Source: Eledone cirrhosa
Taxonomy: Eukaryota
Length of the DNA: 64,000 nt
Assembly (NCBI GenBank): GCA_964016885.1
Contig: OZ024741.1
Span: 55,986,001-56,050,000, forward strand
Reading direction: 5' to 3'
The translations under genes and the position numbers were made by a program. The notes under the pieces are model-generated. The model saw only the letters and a program-made list of their open reading frames with translations, was not told where the DNA came from and did not search any database. Positions 1 through 12,900 of the stretch are shown in pieces (within the stretch, counting starts at the first letter, position 1; each line of letters begins with the position of its first letter).

Positions 1-98
1 GTCCGTTCTTCCACGCTAGCATGGGTTAGACGGGTTGTCCTGTTGTGGGCAGTGTCTGGTCGGCTGACCATGCCTTGCTCATACAGGAACTGATCTGG

Positions 99-100
<2 letters not shown>
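1..100 (-). mobile_element. RTE-type LINE 3' UTR fragment
   Basis: Reverse complement of the 3' UTR at ~20815-20917; its 5' side abuts (TA)n at 101. Confidence 0.8.
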
Positions 101-133
<33 letters not shown>

Positions 134-865
134 TATATATATGTGTGTGTGTGTGTGTGTATATATATAATATATATATGTGTGTGTGTGTGTATATATA
201 TAATATATATATATATGTGTGTGTGTGTGTATATATATATATATTTAAGTGAGAAAAAATTTTATTTATAGGAGTACAAACCAGATAGACAAAAAACAAT
301 ATTTTATCTAAACTCGCTTAAAGATCTCCCTACCATTGTTTTGTTTGTGGAAGAATTCTTATCGGAACCACCAATAATTGAAGAATCCGCAATACTCTTC
401 AGGGAAGTTTAAATTCTTCAAATGCTAAGAGAAAATTGACCAAGAAATTATACATACTGCTTCATTTGCAGAGGCAGCATACTGAATAAAAAACCACGTT
501 GTGTAGTATCCCCTCACCTCCCACCTACACTGCTAATTAGATTACCTAAGTATCAGAAGCAATCTAATAAAATACCGTATTTGAATTACTGTAGAATTTG
601 GAGGAATTTACTAAAATTATTCCGATTATTAAGATAGTAGTAGTATTATGTTGAGAAGAAGCAAATTTAAAACATATTTTAAAGAATTTGAAATTATAGT
701 TTCCACAATACAAATAACTATAATAATAGTTGAATAAAATTGGGTAAAGTACTCTGGAGAGTTGCATGGTTCAATTTCCCTGCAGGTATGTGTCCATCTT
801 CAGGAGTATTTTATCTAATTCTATTCAACTACCATCTATAGTTATCAACTATTATAGATATCTAA

Positions 866-1060
866 GGGGTGGTGGATTGGCAGTATCGGTAGAGGGTCGG
901 ACACCATACTTTGCAGCATAGAGTTACGGCCCTTGCCATTCTGAGTTCAAATCCCGCGGAGGTTAACTTTGCCTTTCATCCTTACGGGGTCGATAAAATA
1001 AAGTACCAGTAATGCACTGGGTAATTGCTGGCCTTGTGCCAAAAGTAGAAACAATTATTA
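866..1060 (+). mobile_element. tRNA-derived SINE, family A
   Basis: A-box-like TGGCAGTATCGG and B-box GAGTTCAAATCC; central GTTAACTTTGCCTTTCATCCTTACGGGGTCGATAAAATAAAGTACCAG domain (resembles the MetaSINE-type domain, from memory); (ATT)n tail; many copies in the window. Confidence 0.8.
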
Positions 1061-2007
1061 TAGATACCTGGGTGACAAAATCAGCAGTGGGGGAGGGTGC
1101 TCTGAAAGTACAGTAGCTAGAGTCGGAACTGGATGGAAAAAGTTCAGAGAGCTTATACCACTATTAGCCGCTAAAGGGTTCTCCCTAAAAATGAAAGGCA
1201 GGCTGTATGATGCCTGCATACGAACAGCAAGGTTGCATGGCAGTGAGACCTGGGCATTGTGTGCAGAGGATATACGCAGACTAGAGAGGAATGAAGCTTG
1301 CATGCTCCGCTGGATGTGTAATAGTAATATACGCGAACGGCAAAGCATAAACGAACTAAGGGAAAAATTAGAAATAAGAGGGATCAGATGTTGTTTACTT
1401 GAGAGAAGGCTACGTTGGTATGGTCACGTGATGCGCATGAAAGACGACAGCTGTATAAAAAAGTGCAGGGCAATAAAGACAGACGGTAGCCACGGAGTAG
1501 GCAGACCCAGAAAAACCTGGGACGACCTGATAAATTCCGACCTCACACACTTACACCTCTCCAAGACAATGTCACTGGACCGAGATCTTTGGCGGTACTC
1601 AGTAATAGAGAAGACCCACCTTACCTAAATACAAAGTAAAACCTACTACAGTCAGTAGGCATCTCTAACAAAATACACCCCCGTCCCACCACCCCCGTCC
1701 CATCCACACCGTCCCTTTCAATGTAAAGTTATGTTGGTGCCACAACATCCAGGCCGAAACAAATGAGATCGTGTTGGTGTCACGACAAAAAACACAGTCC
1801 ACGCTGTAATATGGCCGTGTAGGCAACACGGTAAAAACCTCCCAGTCCTACACTGTAAAAGTGGTTGGTGTTAGGAAGGGCATCCAGCTGTAGAAAACCC
1901 ACCAGACAGTCCTATGCGAGCAAGACAACCACTCTTGCCTCAAGTGGGAAAACTCCCGTCCAAACCCATGCAAGCGTGGAACATGGACGTTAAACGATGA
2001 TGATGAT
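1061..2007 (+). mobile_element. 5'-truncated RTE/RTEX LINE (ORF2 C-terminus, 3' UTR, (GAT)n tail)
   Basis: Motifs YLGDKIS, LHGSETW, RRLRWYGHVMRM, GRPRKTW; near-identical to 24960-25858. Confidence 0.9.
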
Positions 2008-2209
2008 CTGCGTTGTGGAGATTATATTTTCAAATTTCCTAAGCCTTGTTTTATCTTTTGGGCATTTTGTTTGTTAAAATTTTAATCTAATAAAATACTC
2101 TGTATTTGAATTAATTACTGTAGAATTTGGAGGGATTTACAGAAATTATTCCAATTATCAAGATAGTAGTAGTATTATGTTGAAAGGGGGCTGAAAACTG
2201 ACCAAGGAA

Positions 2210-2630
2210 ACTCTTACTTATGGTCATGAATCTTGGGTAATGACCAAAAGAATACAATTGTGAATTTGAGCAGCCAAAACGGGGTTCCTCTGAAGGGTCT
2301 TTGAAGTAACATTACTCAATAGAGTACATAGCTTGAAGATCAGAGAGTCGCTCCAGATAGAGCTGCTACTTCTCTGAATTGAGAGATCATAGCTCCACTA
2401 CTACAGGCATATGGTTAGAATGTCTCAGAAAAAAATCACTGGACAGATTTTATGGGTAAAACCAACCAGCAGGAGACCCCAAGCAAGATCGTTAGATAAT
2501 ATCCATGCGCTTGGCTGGTCTCACTTGCTGATCAAGCCAGATCAATTGGAGTTAGTTGCTTCTGGCAGGACCCATTAGGAGGAGTATTTGAGTATTCTTC
2601 CCCCATGACCCTCTTGAAAATAAGTGGGTG
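2210..2630 (+). mobile_element. Degenerate RTE-clade LINE fragment, second family
   Basis: Translates as TLTYGHESWVMT...AA..GFL.RV...SQL..Y.HMVRM with stops; homologous to the minus-strand copy at 46510-46810. Confidence 0.7.
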
Positions 2631-3968
2631 AAGAACAAGAAGTTTTAATTAGAATGTTGAGACGCTTTTGAAAAATAACTTGAATCTGGCCAAGATTCCA
2701 GTTTAGAGGCATTTAGCTGTTATTGTTCAGGGGTAGCCGGGTACTGCTTCTCTATTGAGCAAGTACACAAACTGTTGCCTCAATCCCAGTGTTCCTTTTG
2801 TACTGGATGGGATAGCCAAGTAGACATTGCCAGTAGCCGCCTGTCCACATCTGAATGGCCTGCCGCTACATATACATAATGTATTGGTAGGATAAAACTG
2901 TCTCAATATCCATGAACTTGGGGATCCAGCCAGATCAATTGCAGACAGTTGCTTCTGACAGGACCTTCTGGAAAATGTGTCTAATGACTCTGCCCCTATC
3001 ATCCTCCCAGGAATTAGTGGGTGACGAAGAACATTTAATTAATTAAATGTTATTGTTATATTTAATTTTACACATGCACTCTTTAATTAAAGTTTCATTT
3101 TTATTAGTCTTCACACACACTCAAACACACTTACATATGCACCCTCATATACATGTGTATGCTTACATGCAACCACAAATGCACATACATATAGGCATAT
3201 AATCAAAGCACTCATGCATGTATATACACATTCATACACACACACACCACATATGTAATCACAAATGTTCGCTTTGACATGTAATCAGAGCACACACACA
3301 CTCACATGTTAGCAAAAAAAAATACACACATGAACAGTTACATGTTAGCAGACATAGACACATGCACACTCAGATGTCAGCACACCCACACACACGCATA
3401 CACAATCCCATTAGTTCCAGTAACCTCCAAGATAATGATGCAAGTTTGGTATGTTTGTGTGAGTCAGTTTGTTAGGAGGAGGGTGAAGGTATGTATCTCT
3501 GTATGGCGGTGGTGGTACATATGATGGTGGTGGTAATTTTGTGTGTGTGTGTGTGTGGTTATTTGGTGGTGGTGGTGGTGGTGGAGTTGGTGAGCTTCTC
3601 AAAGTTTCTTGACTCACTATTACCTGAGCAGTGCTGAGTGTGTGTGTGTGTGCATGTGTATATGTGTGTGCTTTACTCACTAATGAAGCTATCATTTATT
3701 TTCTTTTTGTTTATATAGTCAAACTGTGAATTCGAAATTATTTATGAGTACATAGCTTAGCAATGTGTAAACACACACACTCACACGCACTTATGCATAA
3801 ACACACTTATCTTACAAAGTTTTATATACACATACACATGGCCTTTCAATGTTCTGATATGCATGTCTGTATACTTTACAATCTTTTAAATTTTATGCAC
3901 ATACACACGTGTGTGTGTGTTTGTGCAGAAAATATATACATGTGTATGCACATACATATGTATATGTG

Positions 3969-4004
<36 letters not shown>

Positions 4005-4083
4005 TATTTTAGAGTATTAAATAAAGGTTTCATGCGAGGTATGAATGCAATCTTCTGGCAGAAATAGTCAGCATCTCTCTCTA

Positions 4084-4131
<48 letters not shown>

Positions 4132-4879
4132 GAGAGATATATATGTGTATTATTTGTATATAATATATATGTATGTTTACAGATGCATATACATGTATAA
4201 ATATTTAGATGCATATATATCATGTGTGTGTGTGTGTATATATATATATATTCATCATTAAATGATAAAAAAAATGGTATATATATATGAGAACAAATGA
4301 GTGAATAATAACACCAAAGATGTTAGGCACAGCATGGTATACAGTATATTTCCACAAGCTATATCACACTACACACCGAAGGTGCCAAGTGGTTAACAAT
4401 CTCTGTTAAAATTCTTTGTCTAAAAATTAGGGTTTGGCTAATCTATTCACATTCTAACAAATATCTCTGTATAAAACATGCCTTTTTTTTTCCCCCGTTC
4501 TTTTGTTTCCTGGTTTCCTTCTTTCTGCCATGCTATAGAAATGAGGAAAGAGAAAGCAGTGACTGTGCTGAGAGATGTCGAAGAGAGAGGGGGGAATGTG
4601 TTATAGTGAGAGGTGTGTTTACTAGATAGATTCATAAAACCTATAATTGAAAGGCCTCCAAAGTAAAGTTAGCAAAGACTAAAGTCATAGTAAGTAGGAA
4701 AGATGATAAAATAGGATCAGGAAGTTGCTGCAGGTAGTGCAAAGATGAAGAAGTATGGTACAAATTACTCATGTTTATCAAACCACTAAGTTGTTGTGGA
4801 TGGGTCAGATCAGGTTTTATGCTAGTAAACGGGTTTTCAGCTGTACATAATGATGCTTGTCCTTGCAGTCCTTCGATAT

Positions 4880-5845
4880 TTCTCTTGTGAGGTTCATCTT
4901 CTTAAGCTCAGCCCTCACTACCTCTTCCCATGCCCTCTTAGGAGGGGTCTGCCTCTTCCACATATTCCCTCAACAGATATCTCTGAATTTCTTTATACAG
5001 TTGTCATCTTCCATATGCATTGCATGTCCATACCAATGCAGTCTTCTCTCTTGCTCACTACATCCAATTCCTCTTATGCCATTTTTCTCTCTCACAGCTC
5101 ACTTATGCTACATCATTTATGCACACTAACATTACATATCCATCAGAGCATATTTGCTTCATTTCTTTCAAGCCTTCTCAGGTCTACTGCAGTTTTACTG
5201 CCTTGTAGCATTGCATTTTGCATGCAGGCCTCATACGTCTACCCTTCAGTTTGAATGAGAAGCCCTTTGTTCTCAGCAGAGGTACCAACTCCCTAAACTT
5301 CTTCCAGCCTGTTCTTACCCTGGCTATTACACTTTCAGAACTTTCTTCCCCACTGTTGATTTGGTCACCTAGATAACAAAATCTGTCTCTTGTAACTGAG
5401 GGAATCAATTTCATGTGAGCTCTTAGTGCTTACTTCTCCTGTGCATCTGTCACATATAAAGTCTATCTTTTCTTTTAACCTGCCTGCTATCCCATTATAT
5501 CTCTTATGTGTCCATTGATAACACTGTGTACACTTTATGGAGTTTCTGCCCACTCCTTTTCAATATATCAAGCAAGGCCACTTTCCTGATGTTATCAGCT
5601 TCCTCTTCTCCTTCCTACTTCAGACTTTAGTCACTGCTAAGTTTACTTTTAGGCCTTTTGATTCTAGTTTTTTTTCTATGCCTGGAATTTTGTTTTTAAC
5701 TTTCCCAGATTCAGCTATAAGGATTAGATCATCAGCATACAGGAATTCTTGTGGTGTAGTAGTTTTAAATATCTCCATAATGGCTTGAAGGACAATGATA
5801 AACAGAAGTGGGCTGATGACTGAGCCCTGGTGTGTCTCCACTTCA
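4880..5845 (-). mobile_element. Degenerate RTE/RTEX LINE fragment
   Basis: HQGSVISPLLFIIVLQAI, LYADDL, CTQC..WTHKR and FCYLGDQI spread across frameshifts. Confidence 0.85.
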
Positions 5846-6126
5846 CATTCTCAGTCAGTTGCACAAAATTACCAAATAGATTTCAACATCAATTTTAAAA
5901 AAAAAATTTTTTTAAAAACACTTTAGTTTTCATTGTGTTGTATCAGATGAAAGAATGGTATTTAACTAATGTATTGGTATGTGATGGGGCCCACCCACAG
6001 CCCTGAGTGCTTATGTGGTGTCTTTTGAGGGAGATTTGGCTGTTATTTCTTGTGGATCAAGTAATCATGCATGAGCTCTCTTGTATGTGTTATGTGTGTG
6101 TGTGTGTGTTGTGTAACCTATACCAA

Positions 6127-6345
6127 GTCCTTATATTTCAGGATTTAATTACTTTGTCAAAAGATTAATAGAAGAAATTAGTTTGGTGCTGTATATTTGT
6201 TGTCACTCTCAGTCTATTAATCTTTTGATGAAGGGATTTTATCCCAAAATATAAGGAACTATAAAGAACTGCAAGGTAACATCCCAACATCATTATTATA
6301 TTTTTAACATTTACCCTCCAATTCACATTGTGTTAGCCATCAAAC
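6127..6345. mobile_element. Palindromic hammerhead-like element, TTGATGA family
   Basis: 6127-6172 is inverted relative to 6214-6257; same family as 28790-29165. Confidence 0.6.
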
Positions 6346-7156
6346 AAAATACTATTTTCTATACTTTACACAATGCTTTAAGCAAACTACAACACTCTTT
6401 ATAGAAACAACTCTTATTTTGCCAAGGTTATCTTTGCTTTTCATCCTTCTGGGTTTTGATAAAATCAAGTACCTGTCAAACACTGGGTTGATTATAACTT
6501 TCCCTTCCCCACAAATTGCTGACCTTGTGTCTACATTAGAAATTATTATTTTGCTGAAATCAACTTCGCCTTTCATCTTTCTGATATCGATAAAGTAAAG
6601 TACCAGTCAAGTACAGGGGGGTGATTCACCCCCCCCCCCCCCCCACCCACCCCTGGCTTTACAAACTTCAGGATTGATAATTTAAAAAATATTGACTGTA
6701 TCCTTCCCCAACATATAATTCATGACCTTATACTAACATAAGAAATCATGTTGATCCTCCCTCGTCAGGTTAATTGGAGTTAATAACTAATAAATAAAAA
6801 TCATGTTAATCCTCCCATGCCAAGTTAATTGGAGTTAACTAATTAATATGTAAAGGTTTCTGATACATTGTTTGAAAATACAGTGTTGGTAGGGGAAGGA
6901 GGAGCTATATGATTTTAGGATAAACAGCTATGGTGGTGGTGGTAGTGGCTATATGAGTTTGTGGGTGTGCAGAACATACGTTAATTAGGGTTAGTTAACC
7001 TAGATTTAGGGCAGAAGAATGTTAATGAGCTTTGTTTGTATTAAGCGCATCAGAGCATTATTTTATATACATCAGTTCAATGACTCTGTAGTTGTGTTAA
7101 GGTTAACCCAAAATGGCTGACTAAACACATATATTTTTCTCCTTTCTGTGTGTGTG

Positions 7157-10100
7157 TGTTATATAATATGGAACACGAAGAATCAGTGATGCATCGAAAC
7201 ACAATTTATTACGTATTACAATTGTTTCTCCGGCGAACAGCTCAAGGTGCGATCTGTTTGTGGATCAAACCTGACTCTGGATTTGCAAGTTCCTCAGATA
7301 CGTCTAGTGATTTCGAAGCAAATCCTCTTTTTGTTGGGCTCCGACCCTTCGATTTTCTATCATCTGCCATCGTCCTGTTTGTGCGGCCCCTCGATTGGTT
7401 AAGAGTTTGAGACGTCATCTGTATGTTTGACCATTCAAATCTCCCCACTGACCTTTTCCATTCAGTCGTGAGCTGTCACTCACCTTAATTTTGTCTCCAG
7501 AATTATTGCTAGGTGGGCGAGGGGTTGTGAGCTGCCTTGCCATTCCCTAGCTTGCCTGTCGCCCGACGCATACGCACCCACACACACGTGTGCTCACACA
7601 TAGACAGACATTCCGAGCTCCTGATCGCACACTTATCTGTGCAGACACACAGAGGTCACTTGTTTGCTTACACACGTATACATGCATATATTCACCCCTC
7701 ATATATAAGTACATGCACACACTCATATGTACACACATACACATACCCACAGATATACATATATCTGTCCATACATACATTCACACACACATATATATAC
7801 ACACACACATAAATATACACACATACGTATACCCGCGCGTACATATGCAGTCCGTCAGGCCTACTCACATACACACACACATATATATGTATATATACAC
7901 ATACACACACACACACATATATATATACCCCCCCCCCCCCCCCCACACACACACGTATGCACAAATATGAAAAGAAACTGTACAAAACTACTTGGAAGGT
8001 GCACAGAAACATGCATATGATGTACAGGGAGTACACAAAGAAATTTTACGTGAAGAAATACGTGAAACATACAAAAAAAGTGCATATAGGGAATACATCA
8101 AAGAATGCATGCAACATCCCACATAGCGGTATATTCGTACATGCAGACACACTTTGATGCACACATTGAGTGAATTCGCATTAGGGTGTTAACGTGAAAT
8201 AATCCACATAAAGAAACCTTATAAACAAAATTACATATGGGAAGCTCATAGGAACAATGCATATGTACGCGTGGGTATATGTTTGTGTGTGTATATTTGG
8301 GTGTGCATATATGTGTATGTATATATATATATATCATCATCATCGTTTAACCTCTATCTTCCACGCTAGCATTGGTTTAGATGGGAATTGCCCCACTTGA
8401 GGCAAGATTGGTTGTCTTGCTAGTGTAGGACTGTCTGGCGGGTTTTCTATGGCTGGATGCCCTTCCTAACACCAACCACGTTTACAGTGTGGACTGGGAG
8501 GTTTTTACCGTGTTACCTACACGGCCACATTACAGCGTGGACTGTGTGTTTTTGTCGTGACACCTACACGACCTCATTTATTTAGGACTGGATGTTGTGG
8601 TACCAACATAACTTTACATCGAAAGGGGTGGTGTAAATGGGGTGGGGGTAGTGGGACGGGGGTGTATTTTGGTTAAGAGGTGCCTACTGACTAGGTTTCG
8701 CTTTGTACTTAGGCAAGGCGGGTCTTCTGTATTACTGCGTGGCGCCAAAGATCTTGGTCCAGTGACATTGTCTTGGAGAGGTGTAAGGTCGGAATTTATC
8801 AAGTCGTCCCAGGTTTTTCTGGGTCTGCCTACTCCGTAGCTACCGTCTATTTTGATTGCCCTGCACTTTTTTATACAGCTCTCGTTTTTCATGCGCATCA
8901 CGTAGTCTTCTCTCGAGTAAACAGCATCTGATCCCTCTTATTCCTAATTTCTCACTTAGTTCATTTATGCTTTGCCGTTCACATATATTACTATTACACA
9001 TCCAACGGGGCATGCAAGCTTCGTTCATTTCCAGTCTGCGTAGATCCTTTGCACACAATGCCCATGTCTCACTGCCATGTAACTTTGCTGTTCATATGCA
9101 GGCATCATACAGCCTGCCTTTCATTTTTAGAGAGAAACCTTTAGCAGCCAATAGTGGTATAAGCTCTCTGAACTTTTTCTATCCCGTTCTGACTCTAGTT
9201 ACTGTACTTTCAGAGCACCCTCCACCACTGCTGATTTTGTCACCCAGGTAACGGAAGGTGTCCACTATTTCTATAGAACCATCTGGGCAATGGAATGAGC
9301 TAGTATTCTGTGGGCACTTGCTACTACTTATTGCACCTGAGCACTGGTCACATATAAAATCTACATTCTTAGTTAGCTTACCTGTGATCCCACTACATCT
9401 TTTATGCACCCATACTTTGCATTTGGGACATAAAATGGAGTTTCTGCCTACTCCTTTCCTACACACTGAGCATGGCCATTTCCCAGAGGGGACCAGTGCC
9501 CTATTTTCCTTCCTACATACTAGAACTTTAGTCTTAGACAAGTTAATTTTGATTCTAGACCATGCTTCCATGTTTGGAATTTCTTCTCTTGTTCAGCCAT
9601 TGATTCAGCTATAAGCGTTAGATCATCTGCGTATAGAAGTTCCCAGTCTTGAACTCCTCTGTTATAGCCTGAAGGGCATTAATAAATAGGATGGGGCTAA
9701 GGACAGAGCCCTGATGAACACCAACTTTTACGCTAAACTCTTCACTATATTCGCTGTTAATTCTAATCTTGCTGACTGTTTCTTTATACATGGCTTGTAT
9801 AGCTCTCACAAGCCATTCATCAACACCTAGTTTTCTGAGAGCCCACCAGATAATGGGGCGTGGGACTTTGTCAAAGGCTTTCTCCAAGTCAACAAAAGCT
9901 AAGTATAGGGGTTTACTTTTAACTAGGTACTTCTCCTGTAGTTGTCGTACAAGGAAAAGAGCGTCTGTGGTACTTTTACCTGACACAAACCCGAACTGCA
10001 TTTCATCTAGATCAATTCACTCTCTGATTAGTTGCACCATTACTTTTTCTGTGACCTTCATGACCTGGTCAATTAATTTAATGCCTCTATAGTTTCCCCT

Positions 10101-10735
10101 ATCTAGGATATATATATATGGGAATGTATGTATAGACAGATATATGTATATCTGGGTCTGTGTATGTGTACGTACGTCTGTGTGTGCATGTACCTATATA
10201 TGTGGGGTGAATATATGCATGTATACGTGTGTATACAAATGCGCGAGCTCTATGTGTGTATGTCCGCACAGATAAGTGTGCGATCAGGAGCTCAGAATGT
10301 CTATGTATGAGCACACGTGGGTGCGTATGCGTCGGGCGACAGGCAAGCTAGGGAATGGCAAGGCAGCTCACAACCCCTCGCCCACCTAGCAATAATTCTG
10401 GAGACAAAATTAAGGTGAGTGACAGCTCACGACTGAATGGAAAAGGTCAGTGGGGAGATTTGAATGGTCAAACATACAGATGACGTCTCAAACTCTTAAC
10501 CAATCGACGGGCCGCGCAAACAGGACGATGGCAGATGATAGAAAATCGAAGGGTCGGAGCCCAACAGACAGGATTTGCTTCAAAATCACTAGACGTATCT
10601 GAGGAACTTGCAAATCCAGAGTCAGGTTTGATCCACAAACAGATCGCACCTTGAGCTGTTCGCCGGAGAAACAATTGTAATACGTAATAAATTGTGTTCC
10701 GATGCATCACTGATTCCTTGATTTCCATATTATTA
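7157..10735. repeat. Long inverted repeat with ~690 bp arms; right arm interrupted by an RTE
   Basis: 7163-7849 is the reverse complement of 8258-8330 plus 10108-10733; unique spacer at 7850-8257. Confidence 0.85.
8333..10107 (-). mobile_element. 5'-truncated RTE/RTEX LINE
   Basis: NYRGI, QFGF..GKSTTDA, AFVDLEKAFD, GVHQGSVLSP, YADD (frameshifted), PHD-like finger, (GAT)n tail; (TA)n on both sides. Confidence 0.92.
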
Positions 10736-10806
10736 TACTCTGCTCTGAAGGAGCATAGAGTGCTCAACCGGCATACTGCCTATGGACACATCCAAGCAAC
10801 CTTACT

Positions 10807-10849
<43 letters not shown>

Positions 10850-10887
10850 ATTAAATACATGGAAAACTATATTTATAAAACCATATT

Positions 10888-10953
10888 TATTTCATTATAT
10901 ATATTTCGGGGATATCATATTAACAATATGCTATGCCTTCATCAGACAAAATA
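10888..10953 (-). ncRNA. Minimal type-I hammerhead ribozyme motif
   Basis: Exact reverse complement of 11140-11205. Confidence 0.75.
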
Positions 10954-11139
10954 CAATATAAACAGTTTTATAGATAAATATATTCGACATACCGTAATAA
11001 ACATCAACTTCATTTGGCGAGGTTTACGCTAGCAGTAAACCTCTCCAAATGAAGTTGATGCTAGCGTAAACCTCTCCAAATGAAGTTGATGTTTATTACG
11101 GTATGTCGAATATATTTATCTATAAAACTGTTTATATTG

Positions 11140-11205
11140 TATTTTGTCTGATGAAGGCATAGCATATTGTTAATATGATATCCCCGAAATATATATAATG
11201 AAATA
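11140..11205 (+). ncRNA. Minimal type-I hammerhead ribozyme motif
   Basis: Stem I TATTTTGT/ATGAAATA; CTGATGA at 11148-11154; hairpin stem II; GAAA at 11186-11189; palindromic stem III ATATATAT; predicted cleavage after UA at 11197. Confidence 0.78.
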
Positions 11206-11333
11206 AATATGGTTTTATAAATATAGTTTTCCATGTATTTAATATTGTAAATATACTCCAAATATTTGTCGAGTGCTTTTATATCAGTTATAAATATTTA
11301 CTAGTTGTAACCCAACAATTTTAAATATAACTT

Positions 11334-11385
<52 letters not shown>

Positions 11386-11409
11386 TATATAGAGCAAAGT
11401 TGTGTGGGT

Positions 11410-12010
11410 CATCATCATCATTGTTTTTATGTCTGTTTTTCCATGCTTGCATGGATTGGACGGGTCCTTCTTAGCACAGCATCTCTGCACTTGCCGTGTT
11501 CCCTTATCATCTCTGTGAATCTTGGCGATTTTGTGGTCAGCTCTCACATCCTCTGCTCAGGTCTTTCTTTGTCTACCTCTACAGCGGGTTCCTTCCAATG
11601 GGATTTCCTGGCACCTCGTGCCCATCAATCATTGGCCTGTCTTTCAAACTTACATTGCACATCCAATAAAAGCATAGTTACTTCATTTCTCTCCAGTCTA
11701 CACATATCATCTGCAGTCACAGCCCATGTTTCACTACCATGCAACATTTCACTTTGCACACAGGCGTCATATAGTTGTTCTTTTATATATAGGGAGGAAC
11801 ATTTTGTGGTCAACAGTGGGAGTAGCTCTCAAAACTTTTTCCATCCTATCCTTATTCTAGCTATTATGCTCTCAGTGCACCCTCCTCCATTATTAATTAT
11901 GTCACCTAGATAGCAGAAGCTATCAACCACTTCTATGGGTCCTTTCTGTGACTGGAATCGGTTTACATTACTGGCACTCTTCCCTTTGGTTACCCCTGTG
12001 CATCTTCTAC
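11410..12010 (-). mobile_element. Degenerate RTE LINE 3' fragment
   Basis: VDSFCYLGD, RIRIGWKKF, MLHGSETW, (GAT)n tail. Confidence 0.8.
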
Positions 12011-12035
12011 ATGGGTGTGTGTACATACATACATA

Positions 12036-12250
12036 TCCTTGAGCAAAACACTTCATTTCACATTGTTCCAGTCCACTCAGCTGGCAAAAACGAGTTGTAC
12101 CTGTAATTCAAAGGGCCAACCTTGTCATGCCCTGTGTCACACTGAATCTCCCTGAGAACTATGTCAAGAGAACATGTGACTTTAGAATGTTCAGCCACTT
12201 CCAATGTTAATTTCACAAGCAGGCAGTTCCATTGATCGAATCAACTGGAA
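12036..12250 (+). mobile_element. SINE fragment, family C
   Basis: CCTTGAGCAA..CACTT..TTCACATTG.TCCAGTCCACTCAGCTG followed by CCTGTAATTCAAAGGGCCA; recurs at ~39850, ~56340 and ~63860. Confidence 0.6.
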
Positions 12251-12559
12251 CTATTTGTTGGATACACATGTACATAAAAATACATATCAATCAGATGGCT
12301 GCTTATATGCACAAATGGCAACATATACATGTCAACATACATGAAACCAATGAAATAATAACCTTTCTCAGAAGTCACTCAACCTCCTAGAAATAGCAGT
12401 CAAATCTCCCTGAAATCTCGCCATACTGTTTCTAATAAGGAAAGATATGTTGGAGAATATAGTCATTAGTCATAAATTCAATGTCTGAAATAGTTAAATA
12501 TGATGGGATGACATCTGGAATCCCCTTATAATCATAGTTTTGGTTTATCAGGGATTGTA

Positions 12560-12900
12560 TTTATGTATTGATCTTTAACTCCTGATGGAGTTATAGGGGC
12601 GCCGTAGTGACATATGGCATTTCTTGGGCATTTTAAACCAGCAGAGCCCATCTTTCCAAGTCTGAACACAGCCAATTTCTTCCAAAGAGAGAAAGAGAGT
12701 GAGTGAAAGAGAGAAAGTGAGAAAGAAAAATAGGAAGAATCTACACCAATTTCAGTACTAAGCTGGTACATTTTTTTATTGACCTCAAAAGATATAAAGC
12801 AAAGTTGACCATGGTGGGTTTTGAACTCGGTGCAGAGAGCTGGAACAACTATGGCAAAGCATTCTACCCGATGTTCTAACAAATCTTCCAATTCGCTATT
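12560..12900 (-). mobile_element. SINE family B (family A head and central domain, different tail)
   Basis: Shares the tail CTGT.TTCAGAC.TGGA.AG.GATGGGC.C with 39250-39450(-), 51580-51820 and 57950-58228. Confidence 0.6.

Larger units (their letters stand above)
10844..11336. mobile_element. Non-autonomous palindromic Penelope derivative with two hammerhead motifs
   Basis: 191-nt arms at 10844-11034 and 11059-11249 (one mismatch seen) plus an 87-nt tail; homologous to the Penelope termini at 20978-21210 and 23835-23977; (TA)n on both sides. Confidence 0.88.

Noticed and set aside
866-960. tRNA gene
   Set aside because: A and B boxes are present but there is no cloverleaf, and it continues into a SINE body found in many copies.
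7150-7448. ORFs duplicated at 7150-7410 and 10468-10767
   Set aside because: They arise from the inverted repeat, are frameshifted relative to each other, and have no recognisable domain.
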